64,000 nucleotides of DNA, taken from assembly GCF_037042905.1 (NCBI RefSeq), contig NC_087247.1, positions 63,059,097 to 63,123,096 of the forward strand, read 5' to 3'. The stretch is from Lytechinus pictus. Taxonomy: Eukaryota. The notes below the pieces were generated by a model. It searched no databases. It saw nothing but the letters and a program-made list of their open reading frames with translations, and was not told the origin of the DNA. A program made the translations under genes and the position numbers. Shown here one piece after another: positions 11,501 to 23,461 of the stretch; the first letter of the stretch is position 1, and every line of letters starts with the position of its first letter.

Positions 11501-13049
11501 AATTCGATCAAGTCGAGCGTGCCAAGTATCAGAAAATTTCGAACTGACCGAAAAAAACACTCGCAGAAAACTCTTTTTTTATCACTTTCCCGTCATCAAA
11601 TTCACTCATTTTTTTCACAGAGTAATCATGAAACATGGAAGAATCAGAAAATGAAAAAAAAAAAAATCTTCAAAATTTCGAATTTTTTATTAGTTCGTCG
11701 AATTTCTAGGTATTTTGATTTGCGACTTCTCTCTCATTTCGGTATGGCCGATCACATATAATGTTCAAGAATCTACTTTTAAAAATATAGAGAAGCTGAA
11801 TTAAGATTGTGAATTGTATTAGCGCCACCAACGACCTTCCTTTTATTTCCGTGAAAGAGACATGCGAAGCAACTTTTCAGGCCGAGGTAAGCGATTTTGC
11901 TCTTTTTTATGTGGTTTTTATATAGAAAAATATTTGTAAAGTTGAAAGTAGAACGCTTTTCACCAGAAAAAGCCCTGGTGAGTAGCGGATTGAGTTTCGG
12001 CCAACATTATTTGCGTTATGAAACGATGTGAACCGACAACTCTAAAATCCATTGCGTAAAACTCTCACGCAATCTGCGTGAGTCTCACACAATTCATCCG
12101 ATTCTCACGCTCTCATGCTGATCATAGGAATTCTCACGCTGAACCCCGAAAATAGAGAAGAAAAAAGTTTATTAGCCTATATCGGATATTCAATAACATC
12201 ATAACCCGGCCAGGCAAAAGTTTCAAAGTTTTTAACCACACAAGCGCAAAGCTACACTATCAATGCAAATTGGTTTCGGTTTGCCGCGCAAAGACAAGAT
12301 ATTGAGTTGCTATTGGCTTACTGTATCCGGCGTGTGAGAGCTGGTGCATCAAAATTTTACTATGAAGCGGGGTTTTTGTGCGAGGCACAACGAGCGATCA
12401 AGTGTCACTGCAATGCCCTGCCAAAATTGTAAAAGCTCCCTACCGTGGAACGGAGGACACCCCCCTTCCACACAATCCCCCCCTCGGGCGCTCCGCGCCC
12501 TCGGTCACTTAGCTCCCTGACCCTCCCTCGCAATGTCTCACTCCAAACTCTTCTCAAAAGTTGGCAGCCCTGCGTTGCGTTGGTTGTGCGAGGTTAGTAT
12601 AGTATATTAGCTAGACCCACTCATGGGTTCAATGCATCTCGCGTGCGAAGGATTCATATGCACATGGTGCACGCGAATCTTTCACACCCTTTTTAATAAA
12701 ATAACTATGCCATTACAGATTACCTACAGTTTCTAATTGTGCTATGACACTTACCGAACCATATGGATCGTTTGTTGACTTCTCTTTGCTGTTTTTTAAA
12801 GAAAAAAAAAGCATTTTCTCGTGATCTTCACGTAGATGCCGCAGGATCATCGTGGATGTAAACTTTTGCCTAAAGAGGGCGCGCGATATTATTCACAAGA
12901 CGTTTGTTTACGGTTCTGTGTGTGTTCTGGAGCTTGTACTGCTAGCTGCATTTTAGACGCTCAGCATTATTTTCCTCTTTCTTTTTTTTTTTTTTTGGCT
13001 GTCAAGCGGTATACTCTATTATTGACGAGCTTTAAGACCTTTATCGCCC

Positions 13050-13400
13050 CCCCCCCTGACGAGCTTGAAGACCTTTTTTTTTTTTTTTTTTTTTTTTGCT
13101 TGTCAATTTATTTTCTGGTACGAAAACGTTTATTTTTGATTGAAGACCTTTTTTTTTTTGGTTTTTTGCTTGTCAATTTTTTTTTTCTGGTACGAAAATG
13201 TTTATTTTTGATTGAAGACCTTCTTTTTTTGTTTTTTTGCTTGTCAATTTTTTTTCTGGTACGAAAACGTTTATTTTTTATTGAAGACCTTTTTTTCTTG
13301 TTTTTTTGCTTGTCAATTTCTTTTCTGTTACGAAAACCTTTATTTTTGATTGAAGACCTTTTTTTTTTTTTTTTGCTTGTCAATTTTTTTGGCGGCCGAT
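13050..13400 (+). repeat. T-rich ~62-bp tandem repeat, about 5 units (...gcttgtcaattttttttctggtacgaaaacgtttatttttgattgaagaccttttttttt...), ending in the family terminus gCCCCCCCCCCtgtggaaaatcctaGGTACGCCACTGG at 13404-13437. Duplicate at 16180-16560; related copy at 19100-19515.
   Basis: Visible periodicity. Produces the F/L-rich + strand and K/R-rich - strand artefact ORFs 12836..13429, 13108..13383, 16166..16507 and 16290..16553. Confidence 0.8.
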
Positions 13401-14432
13401 TTTGCCCCCCCCCCTGTGGAAAATCCTAGGTACGCCACTGGTTTTATGCTTTAACAGAAAACATTTTGTTTTCATTGGAAAATCTCTTTAAGTTCAAGTG
13501 CACCCCAGAAAAAATGTTTGAATAAATAGAGAATTATGAAACAAGACTATCGCTGAAAACTTCATCAAAATCGGATGTAAAATAAGAAAGTTATGACATA
13601 TTAAAGTTTTGCTTATTTATCACAAAACAGTTACATGCACAATTCATTGATATCTAAATGAGAGAGTCAATAATGTCACTCACTATTTCACTTTTATTGT
13701 TCGAATTATACAATATTTCAATTCTCACGACTTTGACCAAATAGGACACTCTTTAAGTATATACATGAGATACAACCTGTTGATTTTTGGTACAATTTCC
13801 TTTTATGCGCCGACGACTTGAATCGAGAATGTTTGAGAGGAAAAATTCGCATTTCGATTGTTGTTTGCGTAATTTCCACCGCAGTATGAAGGATGACTAA
13901 GGACGGACCGAGCGAAGTAAACTGGTTGAGATTTGGAGGTAAGCGATAAAAACACTTTTATAAATAATTTAAAATTCCTTTTTAAAATGAACTTAAATCA
14001 TACGATCAAGATTAACAAAGTGGACAAATATTGAAAGGTTTGGCGCAGTTTAGTCCCTCACATTCGTGTGATGAATGAAAACGTCAAAATGCACTATGAA
14101 ATCACATGCGTTGTGCGAGGTTAGTATACTAACCTCGCATGTTGTGTGAGTGAGCTAGACCAAAAGCTTCAGTCTCTGTATTTTGGTTGTTCCGCTGAAC
14201 TGCATCGGCTCCACTCACCCATACATGGTGAATGGGGATGATAGTAAAATGTCAGAAATTGTTGAATAAATCCCCAGAAACGACGGTTATTCCTGTCTAA
14301 GACTAAGTATTACTATTTATTAGCATACGTACATACAAACCTCACAGTCACAAGTCACATTAACCCAGGGAGCTCCGGCCCGCGCAGCGGGCCGGAGCCC
14401 AGGAGCTTACCATGTATTTTACCATACTCACG

Positions 14433-14818
14433 GGACTAGGGTGATTTATGGTCTAAATATTTCTTTAAATGAATTGTGAAAACAGAAATTATGCACTTAC
14501 CACGATTATATGGATGAAGGTCTAACGAGTGGCAGTTTCCTGACATCTGGGCACAGACTGGAACCTCAAAAAACGAAAAGTTCTCTCCTTCTACCCCCGT
14601 CTCGATCGGCCATTTTTGTTATGAATTGTAACAAAATGGCCGATCGAGACTGGGGTAGAAGGAGAGAACTTGTCGTTTTTTTGAGGTTCCAGTTTGTGCC
14701 CAGATGTCAGGAAACTGCCACTCGTTAGACCTTCATCCATATAATCGTGGTAAGTGCATAATTTCTGTTTTCACAATTCATTTGGAGAAATATTTAGACC
14801 ATAAATCACCCTAGTCCC
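14433..14818. repeat. Near-perfect palindrome of ~386 bp (arms ~190 bp, centre ggccatttttgttatgaattgtaacaaaatggcc), flanked by two further short perfect palindromes (14373-14397 ctccggcccgcgcagcgggccggag; 14828-14862 ggacctcgacacgtcttaagacagtgtcgaggtcc)
   Basis: Arm sequences are reverse complements of each other (gggactagggtgatttatggtctaaatatttc...ctaacgagtggcagtttcctgacatctgggcacagactggaacctc...). Duplicate at about 17557-17942. Confidence 0.85.
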
Positions 14819-15305
14819 TTGCCCCGGGGACCTCGACACGTCTTAAGACAGTGTCGAGGTCCTGAATGCTACCATTCATTATCACCGGAGTACAAAACTT
14901 CGCGATGTTTGGCATTAGAAAACCGATGATCATAATGAATTAAAAATCTAATGAGTAATATCAATCTTACCTAAACAAACTGTTCCTAAATCAGCTTACC
15001 TTTGAAATAAGAATAATGAATATAATTCCATGAAATCCTTCAAAAGAGCATCAATTTTCGGACTTTTGTTCCAATCGCGAGATCGCCATGTTTGAAGAAC
15101 GTGAAAAAAAGTTTCTGCGCATGCGCATATGAATATTTATAAGTCTAAGATGACATCACTGTCTTTACAACACAGTTTAATGAATATGCATGTAAAGTCA
15201 AAACTTTCGGCAAGTCGCCTCGATTCAATTAAATCGTTATTTATACCATAGGCATATAATTAAATACCATATTTTCATTTTCATTTTATATATATATATA
15301 TATAT

Positions 15306-18300
15306 ATCGGATATTCAATAACATCATAACCCGGCCAGGCAAAAGTTTCAAAGTTTTTAACCACACAAGCGCAAAGCTACACTATCAATGCAAATTGGTT
15401 TCGGTTTGCCGCGCAAAGACAAGATATTGAGTTGCTATTGGCTTACTGTATCCGGCGTGTGAGAGCTGGTGCATCAAAATTTTACTATGAAGCGGGGTTT
15501 TTGTGCGAGGCACAACGAGCGATCAAGTGTCACTGCAATGCCCTGCCAAAATTGTAAAAGCTCCCTACCGTGGAACGGAGGACACCCCCCTTCCACACAA
15601 TCCCCCCCTCGGGCGCTCCGCGCCCTCGGTCACTTAGCTCCCTGACCCTCCCTCGCAATGTCTCACTCCAAACTCTTCTCAAAAGTTGGCAGCCCTGCGT
15701 TGCGTTGGTTGTGCGAGGTTAGTATAGTATATTAGCTAGACCCACTCATGGGTTCAATGCATCTCGCGTGCGAAGGATTCATATGCACATGGTGCACGCG
15801 AATCTTTCACACCCTTTTTAATAAAATAACTATGCCATTACAGATTACCTACAGTTTCTAATTGTGCTATGACACTTACCGAACCATATGGATCGTTTGT
15901 TGACTTCTCTTTGCTGTTTTTTAAAGAAAAAAAAAGCATTTTCTCGTGATCTTCACGTAGATGCCGCAGGATCATCGTGGATGTAAACTTTTGCCTAAAG
16001 AGGGCGCGCGATATTATTCACAAGACGTTTGTTTACGGTTCTGTGTGTGTTCTGGAGCTTGTACTGCTAGCTGCATTTTAGACGCTCAGCATTATTTTCC
16101 TCTTTCTTTTTTTTTTTTTTTGGCTGTCAAGCGGTATACTCTATTATTGACGAGCTTTAAGACCTTTATCGCCCCCCCCCCTGACGAGCTTGAAGACCTT
16201 TTTTTTTTTTTTTTTTTTTTTTGCTTGTCAATTTATTTTCTGGTACGAAAACGTTTATTTTTGATTGAAGACCTTTTTTTTTTGGTTTTTTGCTTGTCAA
16301 TTTTTTTTTTCTGGTACGAAAATGTTTATTTTTGATTGAAGACCTTCTTTTTTTGTTTTTTTGCTTGTCAATTTTTTTTCTGGTACGAAAACGTTTATTT
16401 TTTATTGAAGACCTTTTTTTCTTGTTTTTTTGCTTGTCAATTTCTTTTCTGTTACGAAAACCTTTATTTTTGATTGAAGACCTTTTTTTTTTTTTTTTGC
16501 TTGTCAATTTTTTTGGCGGCCGATTTTGCCCCCCCCCCTGTGGAAAATCCTAGGTACGCCACTGGTTTTATGCTTTAACAGAAAACATTTTGTTTTCATT
16601 GGAAAATCTCTTTAAGTTCAAGTGCACCCCAGAAAAAATGTTTGAATAAATAGAGAATTATGAAACAAGACTATCGCTGAAAACTTCATCAAAATCGGAT
16701 GTAAAATAAGAAAGTTATGACATATTAAAGTTTTGCTTATTTATCACAAAACAGTTACATGCACAATTCATTGATATCTAAATGAGAGAGTCAATAATGT
16801 CACTCACTATTTCACTTTTATTGTTCGAATTATACAATATTTCAATTCTCACGACTTTGACCAAATAGGACACTCTTTAAGTATATACATGAGATACAAC
16901 CTGTTGATTTTTGGTACAATTTCCTTTTATGCGCCGACGACTTGAATCGAGAATGTTTGAGAGGAAAAATTCGCATTTCGATTGTTGTTTGCGTAATTTC
17001 CACCGCAGTATGAAGGATGACTAAGGACGGACCGAGCGAAGTAAACTGGTTGAGATTTGGAGGTAAGCGATAAAAACACTTTTATAAATAATTTAAAATT
17101 CCTTTTTAAAATGAACTTAAATCATACGATCAAGATTAACAAAGTGGACAAATATTGAAAGGTTTGGCGCAGTTTAGTCCCTCACATTCGTGTGATGAAT
17201 GAAAACGTCAAAATGCACTATGAAATCACATGCGTTGTGCGAGGTTAGTATACTAACCTCGCATGTTGTGTGAGTGAGCTAGACCAAAAGCTTCAGTCTC
17301 TGTATTTTGGTTGTTCCGCTGAACTGCATCGGCTCCACTCACCCATACATGGTGAATGGGGATGATAGTAAAATGTCAGAAATTGTTGAATAAATCCCCA
17401 GAAACGACGGTTATTCCTGTCTAAGACTAAGTATTACTATTTATTAGCATACGTACATACAAACCTCACAGTCACAAGTCACATTAACCCAGGGAGCTCC
17501 GGCCCGCGCAGCGGGCCGGAGCCCAGGAGCTTACCATGTATTTTACCATACTCACGGGACTAGGGTGATTTATGGTCTAAATATTTCTTTAAATGAATTG
17601 TGAAAACAGAAATTATGCACTTACCACGATTATATGGATGAAGGTCTAACGAGTGGCAGTTTCCTGACATCTGGGCACAGACTGGAACCTCAAAAAACGA
17701 AAAGTTCTCTCCTTCTACCCCCGTCTCGATCGGCCATTTTTGTTATGAATTGTAACAAAATGGCCGATCGAGACTGGGGTAGAAGGAGAGAACTTGTCGT
17801 TTTTTTGAGGTTCCAGTTTGTGCCCAGATGTCAGGAAACTGCCACTCGTTAGACCTTCATCCATATAATCGTGGTAAGTGCATAATTTCTGTTTTCACAA
17901 TTCATTTGGAGAAATATTTAGACCATAAATCACCCTAGTCCCTTGCCCCGGGGACCTCGACACGTCTTAAGACAGTGTCGAGGTCCTGAATGCTACCATT
18001 CATTATCACCGGAGTACAAAACTTCGCGATGTTTGGCATTAGAAAACCGATGATCATAATGAATTAAAAATCTAATGAGTAATATCAATCTTACCTAAAC
18101 AAACTGTTCCTAAATCAGCTTACCTTTGAAATAAGAATAATGAATATAATTCCATGAAATCCTTCAAAAGAGCATCAATTTTCGGACTTTTGTTCCAATC
18201 GCGAGATCGCCATGTTTGAAGAACGTGAAAAAAAGTTTCTGCGCATGCGCATATGAATATTTATAAGTCTAAGATGACATCACTGTCTTTACAACACAGT

Positions 18301-18412
18301 TTAATGAATATGCATGTAAAGTCAAAACTTTCGGCAAGTCGCCTCGATTCAATTAAATCGTTATTTATACCATAGGCATATAATTAAATACCATATTTTC
18401 ATTTTCATTTTA
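15306..18412 (+). repeat. 3.1-kb tandem duplication, copy 2; junction with copy 1 is a (TA)10-11 microsatellite at 15287-15307
   Basis: Same as above. Copy 1 ends ...ttcattttcatttta then (ta)n then atcggatattcaataac, which begins copy 2. Confidence 0.9.
17557..17942. repeat. Second copy of the ~386-bp palindrome (within duplication copy 2)
   Basis: Identical to 14433-14818. Confidence 0.85.
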
Positions 18413-21116
18413 AAAAAATCTGTATTTATGAAAAAATAATTTATTTCATAGATATTTTTATTTTGTTGCATTCTGTGTTTCTATAATATATTTTTTTTAA
18501 TTTTGTAATTTGTTATATCTCTCTCCTTTTCATCTTGTTTATGCTTTGTTTATGGGGGGGGGGGTAAAGCATGACTGTGTTCTCTTGGTGTGTGTGTGTG
18601 TTTTTTTATATAACTTCCTGAACAAAATAAAATTTATCAACAGTATGATTGTGTTTTATAATTATATTAAGAGATTTCTAGATCATGTAGAAATTTTTAG
18701 TCTGTATTATGATTATTCCCTTTGTGATTACGAAATATTAAAGAAATATTTACAGATTCTAATTTTACATTAAGAAAAATCAATTTACGATTTTCTTAAA
18801 TACGAATTATGATTTTATAAATTTTATACATCTTTTTCACTTGTTATAACAACGAGGAAGGATTGAATATGATTTTAAAACGAAAGGAAATACTTAAAAA
18901 CAATGTTGCCTCCTTTAAAAAGAAATATCAAGATATTGTAAAGAATAATTATAATAAAAAAAAAAAGAATCTGCCGCTTTGATAATCTCTAATTACCATT
19001 TGTTGTTTAATTCACCTCATGGCAGTAGCATAGGTTTTTTTAGTCACCCGCCTCCCCCCCCCCCCCCCCTCTAAAGAAAATTAATACAAAACGACCTCCA
19101 ATTCTATGTTAAAGACCTTTTTTTTTTTTTTGCTTGTCAAATTCAAATTAAAAACATGGAATTCACTGCTGGATCCAGGGGGAGGCCAAAGCCGGCTCGT
19201 GCTCCCCCCTCCCCTTGAGAAGCAAAATGAAAATTTGTGATGTAAAAAATGGTGTTAAAACCGAACTGTGCCCCCTCCCCTTTGAAAGTGAAGATCTTTT
19301 TTTTTTTCTTGTCATTTTTTTTCGGGGCCGAATTATTCTTTTTTTTTTTTTGTTAACAAAAATTTATTTCTTTTTTTTTTTGGCGAGTCAATTTTTTCAG
19401 GGACGAAATTTTCTTAATTTTTGGTTGAAAAACTTTTCTTCTTTTTTTTGCTCGTCAAAGTTTTCATTGGAAAAAATGTGCCCCCCCCCCCTTGAAAATC
19501 ATGGTTCCGCCACTAATTGAACTCATTTATACGAAGCGCTTACACTGTCAAAAATAATTTTAACAACGTTGTTTATTGTGTGAATTGCGCAGTATATAGT
19601 TCAAACATTTTAAACAAGTGTTTAAAGTCCTAAAAATCATGCTTTGATTATCAAATATTTGAATTTAAACTGCGTTGTTTAAGAATTTAAACACTTGTTT
19701 AAACTGTTTAAACAATTGTGTGATTCATGTCGTAAACAGCGTTTTTTTTTCAATCATTTATAACAGTGTACTTGAATGATTAGAAACTTAAATGACATGC
19801 AAAATATCAAATTAATGGCGCAAAATAGGCGAAAGGAGATTGATGACATATGAACTTCCATCTAGTAATATTGTACTTTCTTTTTTTCACATATATATTG
19901 TACGGCACAATTTTTATAACTGCCCCTTTTAAATGCTCAGGATAAGGCCGTCCGCGGCCCTAAATAAATAAGTAAAGAGCTGAAAAGCGAAAGAAGTAGC
20001 CTTTGTGGGTATGTAATTGACAGCATTGTTTTTATAAAGTTTACCGCCCTTACCTAAGGATCGGGAAAGTTGGTATACAATTTAAAGAAAAATATTACTT
20101 TGACATAGAATCTTAATACTAGTTCCGTTCCCAAATATTATTTTTTAAAACTTGATGCCGCCACGAAACACACTAGCATTAAGCCGAGATGGGAAAACGG
20201 GGTAGTATAGAAAGGTAAATAAAGGAGAAAAACAATATTATCATAATTTCCTCGCAAACTTGCGCGGAAGCAAATATTTAGAGAGAGAAAGAAAATGAGA
20301 AAGAAAATCCCGCAAAGCTATCTTTTTCGCCATTGCTTTCCCCTTCGCTCTCACCGTGTATACTGTCCTGGGGGGGGGCGTTAGGATGGGGAAGGCCACC
20401 CCACCACCTCCTTGCGACGCACTTGTTATAGAAAAAATTGAAAAGGTGCATGATAAAGCCCTAACTTTTATTGGGATGTTATGACAAAATATATCACAAA
20501 ATTGGATTTCTGCATCAATTCTTCAGTGGTACAGTAGTAGAAGTATATAGATAAGCTGATTTAGTGTCACCATTATTATTAATTAATTCTTAAGTAAAAA
20601 CAATTAAGATAAAGAACGAGACGTCTTTAGAAAAAAAAACGCCTCTTGGATGCCAAGAAAACAATCAGACAAGCAAGATTCGCGGCGACTTTATGCGTCC
20701 TATATAATGAGCAATTCAATTCTTTGTGATTATAGGCCTATACTTATCCCGCAGAGATTTATATACTCGATGATTGAATCTTACAGAATGCAAAAAAGAT
20801 GAAAGATAACATAGTAATCTATAAACAAACATATGAATTTTAATCATATTTCATGATTCCATAATCTCCGTTCAAAAATATTACAAATTAATATTGATAT
20901 AGGCATCAATAATGAAAATGGTTGTTGGATGATAATGAGATTTGCATATATTTTCATTTCATTTATTTATTTTAAATTCTCATTAAAACGTACAACATAC
21001 AATTCAAATTGAAAGAAGGATGCATGCACAGTATACAAAATAAACAAAATGTAAAACATAACAAGAGAGAAAGAAAAAAATCAAAATATATGGGATTGTA
21101 TGATGTCTTTAAAGGT

Positions 21117-21582
21117 CAAGTCCACCTCAGAACAATGTTGATTTGAATTAATAGAGAAAAATCAGACAAGCACAATGCTGAAAATTTCATCAAAATCGAA
21201 TGTAAAATAAGAAAGTTATGACATTTCAAAGTTTCGCTTATTTTCAACAAAATAGTTATATGAACGAGCCAGTTACATCCAAATGAGAGAGTCGATGATG
21301 TCACTCACTCACTATTTCTTTTGTTTTTTATTGTTTGAATTATACAATTTTTCAATTTTTCAGAATTTGACGATTAGGACCTCCTTGCCTGAAGCACAAA
21401 ATATTAAAATAATGGAATTCCACGATTCCACTATTTTGTTGAACATAAGCGAAACTTTAAAATGCCATAACTTTTTTATTTTACATCCGATTTTGATGAA
21501 ATTTTCAGTGTTATGCTTGTTGAATTTTTCTCTTTTTATTCAAATCAAGTTTTTGTTGGGGTGGACTTGTCCTTTAAAAAAA
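21117..21582. mobile_element. Foldback MITE: ~170-bp inverted arms, ~120-bp spacer (family motif gaaaatttcatcaaaatcgaatgtaaaataagaaagttatgacatttcaaag)
   Basis: 21117-21290 ggtcaagtccacctcagaacaatg... is the reverse complement of 21415-21582 ...cattgttctgag-like ...ttgttggggtggacttgtcc. ORFs 21116..21304 and 21283..21612 are artefacts. Confidence 0.6.
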
Positions 21583-21724
21583 ATTCACATCACGGAGTCC
21601 TCTAGATTCTAGGCTAAGTCAGCACAGGCCTTTCAGAGGCAGGGTTCCAGAAAATAGGCATCAATATCTTAAAGAGGTGATTTGCTGATCACTCAATAAT
21701 TTTGATCAACGAATAGATTCACTA

Positions 21725-21780
21725 GCGTACCTAATGGGGGGGGGCAGACTGCCCCCCCCCCCCCCCCTGACGAGTCACAA
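21725..21780. repeat. Minimal unit of the family: GCGTACCtaatG9cagactgC17TGACGAGTCACAA. A second copy at 29369-29420 has G5cagactgC7.
   Basis: Two near-identical ~55-bp copies 7.6 kb apart, each a Gn-7nt-Cn hairpin. Confidence 0.6.
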
Positions 21781-23461
21781 CTCATGCAATGCAAGGGACG
21801 TAGGCCTACTCCTTTTTTTTAGAAAAAAATAATTGAAAGAATCAAATTTACTTACGGGCCAAGTTTTATGACGTATAGGTGTAATGGAAACTGTCAGTGT
21901 AAAAAAATCAAGCATTAGTCCCAAAGAAAAAGAGAAACTAAGCCAAACATTGCCATCCTTATTTTGCCACACATGTCTATTGTCTTGTCATGGAGATATA
22001 ACTGAGAACAAGGTTATAATATCATAACCTTGTTCATTGAATGAGTGCATAGCCCCTTCCTTCTCTCTCTTATCTCGCCTATTAGGCCATATCTCTTTGC
22101 CTAGCCTAGGCTTGCCTTAGTATTGTGTTTCACCAACCTGGTGGACTGTACTTTAACGGATGATGATCTACCCAACATCACTCCATCCATTACGCGCATC
22201 GCTATACGTGGGCCTACGGCTACGCAAACAACGTGGGTAGACAAAAAATAACCAGAGTTTGGACTGAAATTGTGAATAAAATAAAAGTGACAAAAATATT
22301 CTGAAACCGTATATATGATTCCCAATATTTAATTAATGGAAAAAACATCCACCGCTAATCAATAGAAACTGGGAAAGATTTGACAGAGGTTTTTATCAAT
22401 GGTAATCAACGGGAATTAGTGTATGGATGAATGGCGATCGAGCGTTAGCCGGTGAAAGAGCGCGGGCGCCCGATCTTGCACTTGCATGCAGTAGCCAACG
22501 CTTAACGGCGATTGCACGAACGTGATATGCAGTAAGGGTACCGCCTGATACACTGAAATCGACATTTCCCGAATTCTTCATACACGTAAAAGCAAAGTAG
22601 GATAAAGGCCACTTGTACTTGGAGAGCCGCCCAATTTCTCTAGATTAAGGTTTCAAAATAACGAAACTTACCTGTTTTTTATTCAAACTGCGAGTAGACC
22701 AGTCCTAGACCTAGGCATATGTCATGATTGAGGCTATGTAACTGTGGTTGTGGAGCTGAGCGAAGGGTCCGTCCCTGGCGCGGCCTGGCCGGCTGGGGAC
22801 TGTTGAATGCGCGCGCACGACGAGATGGTTCCGGGACAGCCCGACCACCGGACAGCCCGACCCTGGACAGCCCGACCCGCTGCCCTGGACAACTCGTCCC
22901 GGTCGAGTTGTCCAGGGTTGGCTCTGAATCGGACAACTCGACCACTTGAATTCTTCTTCAACATTTCATAAAAATAAAATTTCAAACTTTACTACAAAAG
23001 TATTTTCCCGCATAATCCATGTTTCTACAATACATTCTCGACAGAAATTTCAGTGCATTCCGCTGTGGTGACCCCATTCACTAGTAGGATGGGGGATCGG
23101 GTGTCCGGACACTTTATATTTTTGAAGCCTTCTTTTTTGTCTTAAGATTACACTAAAAATATGAATTCAATAGTTGTAATCATCTTATATTTTGTTCTCT
23201 ATAATATTTCATTACAGTTTGTACTAAAAATTGATGACACTTCGCTTGTAATTTTTTCCAAATGACTTTCTAAAATTGATCGTCCGGACACACAACCATC
23301 CGGACACACAACAACTGGGTATACCCCTTCCTAAAATCTGATAAATCCGTGATCAATCCGTGATAGTTTGGAGAGTCTTGAAGTAGATCTATTATCAGTC
23401 CTAATCGTTGAACCAAGGAGCTATGTATAATAGCTCCATGGTTGAACATACTATATACCAA

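Larger units (their letters stand above)
12181..15288 (+). repeat. 3.1-kb tandem duplication, copy 1
   Basis: Essentially identical to 15306-18412, with differences only in poly-T run lengths. The supplied ORFs 14510..14728 and 17634..17852 are identical, as are 12836.. and 15961.. up to a T-run indel. Confidence 0.9.

Noticed and set aside
12836-13429. 197-aa F/L-rich ORF, the overlapping K/R-rich minus ORF 13108..13383, and their duplicates at 15961-16553
   Set aside because: Translations of a T-rich 62-bp tandem repeat. The compositions are those of poly-T and poly-A, with no start context or homology.
14510-14728. 72-aa ORF MDEGLTSGSFLTSGHRLEPQ..., its duplicate 17634..17852 and the related 40761..41048
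   Set aside because: Entirely inside the ~386-bp perfect palindrome. The open frame is a by-product of the inverted repeat.
22190-22215. 5S rRNA-like start (gggcctacggctacgc)
   Set aside because: Similarity is limited to about 9 nt. The remaining 5S consensus (CCATACCACCCTGAA...) is absent.
22679-22985. GC-rich block with overlapping ORFs on both strands (88, 73, 83 aa) and ggacagcccgacc x3 plus the hairpin ctggacaactcgtcccggtcgagttgtccag
   Set aside because: The ORFs are typical GC-rich-frame artefacts (R/A/G/P-rich) with mutual overlap. It may be a CpG island or a repeat, but I cannot support a gene.
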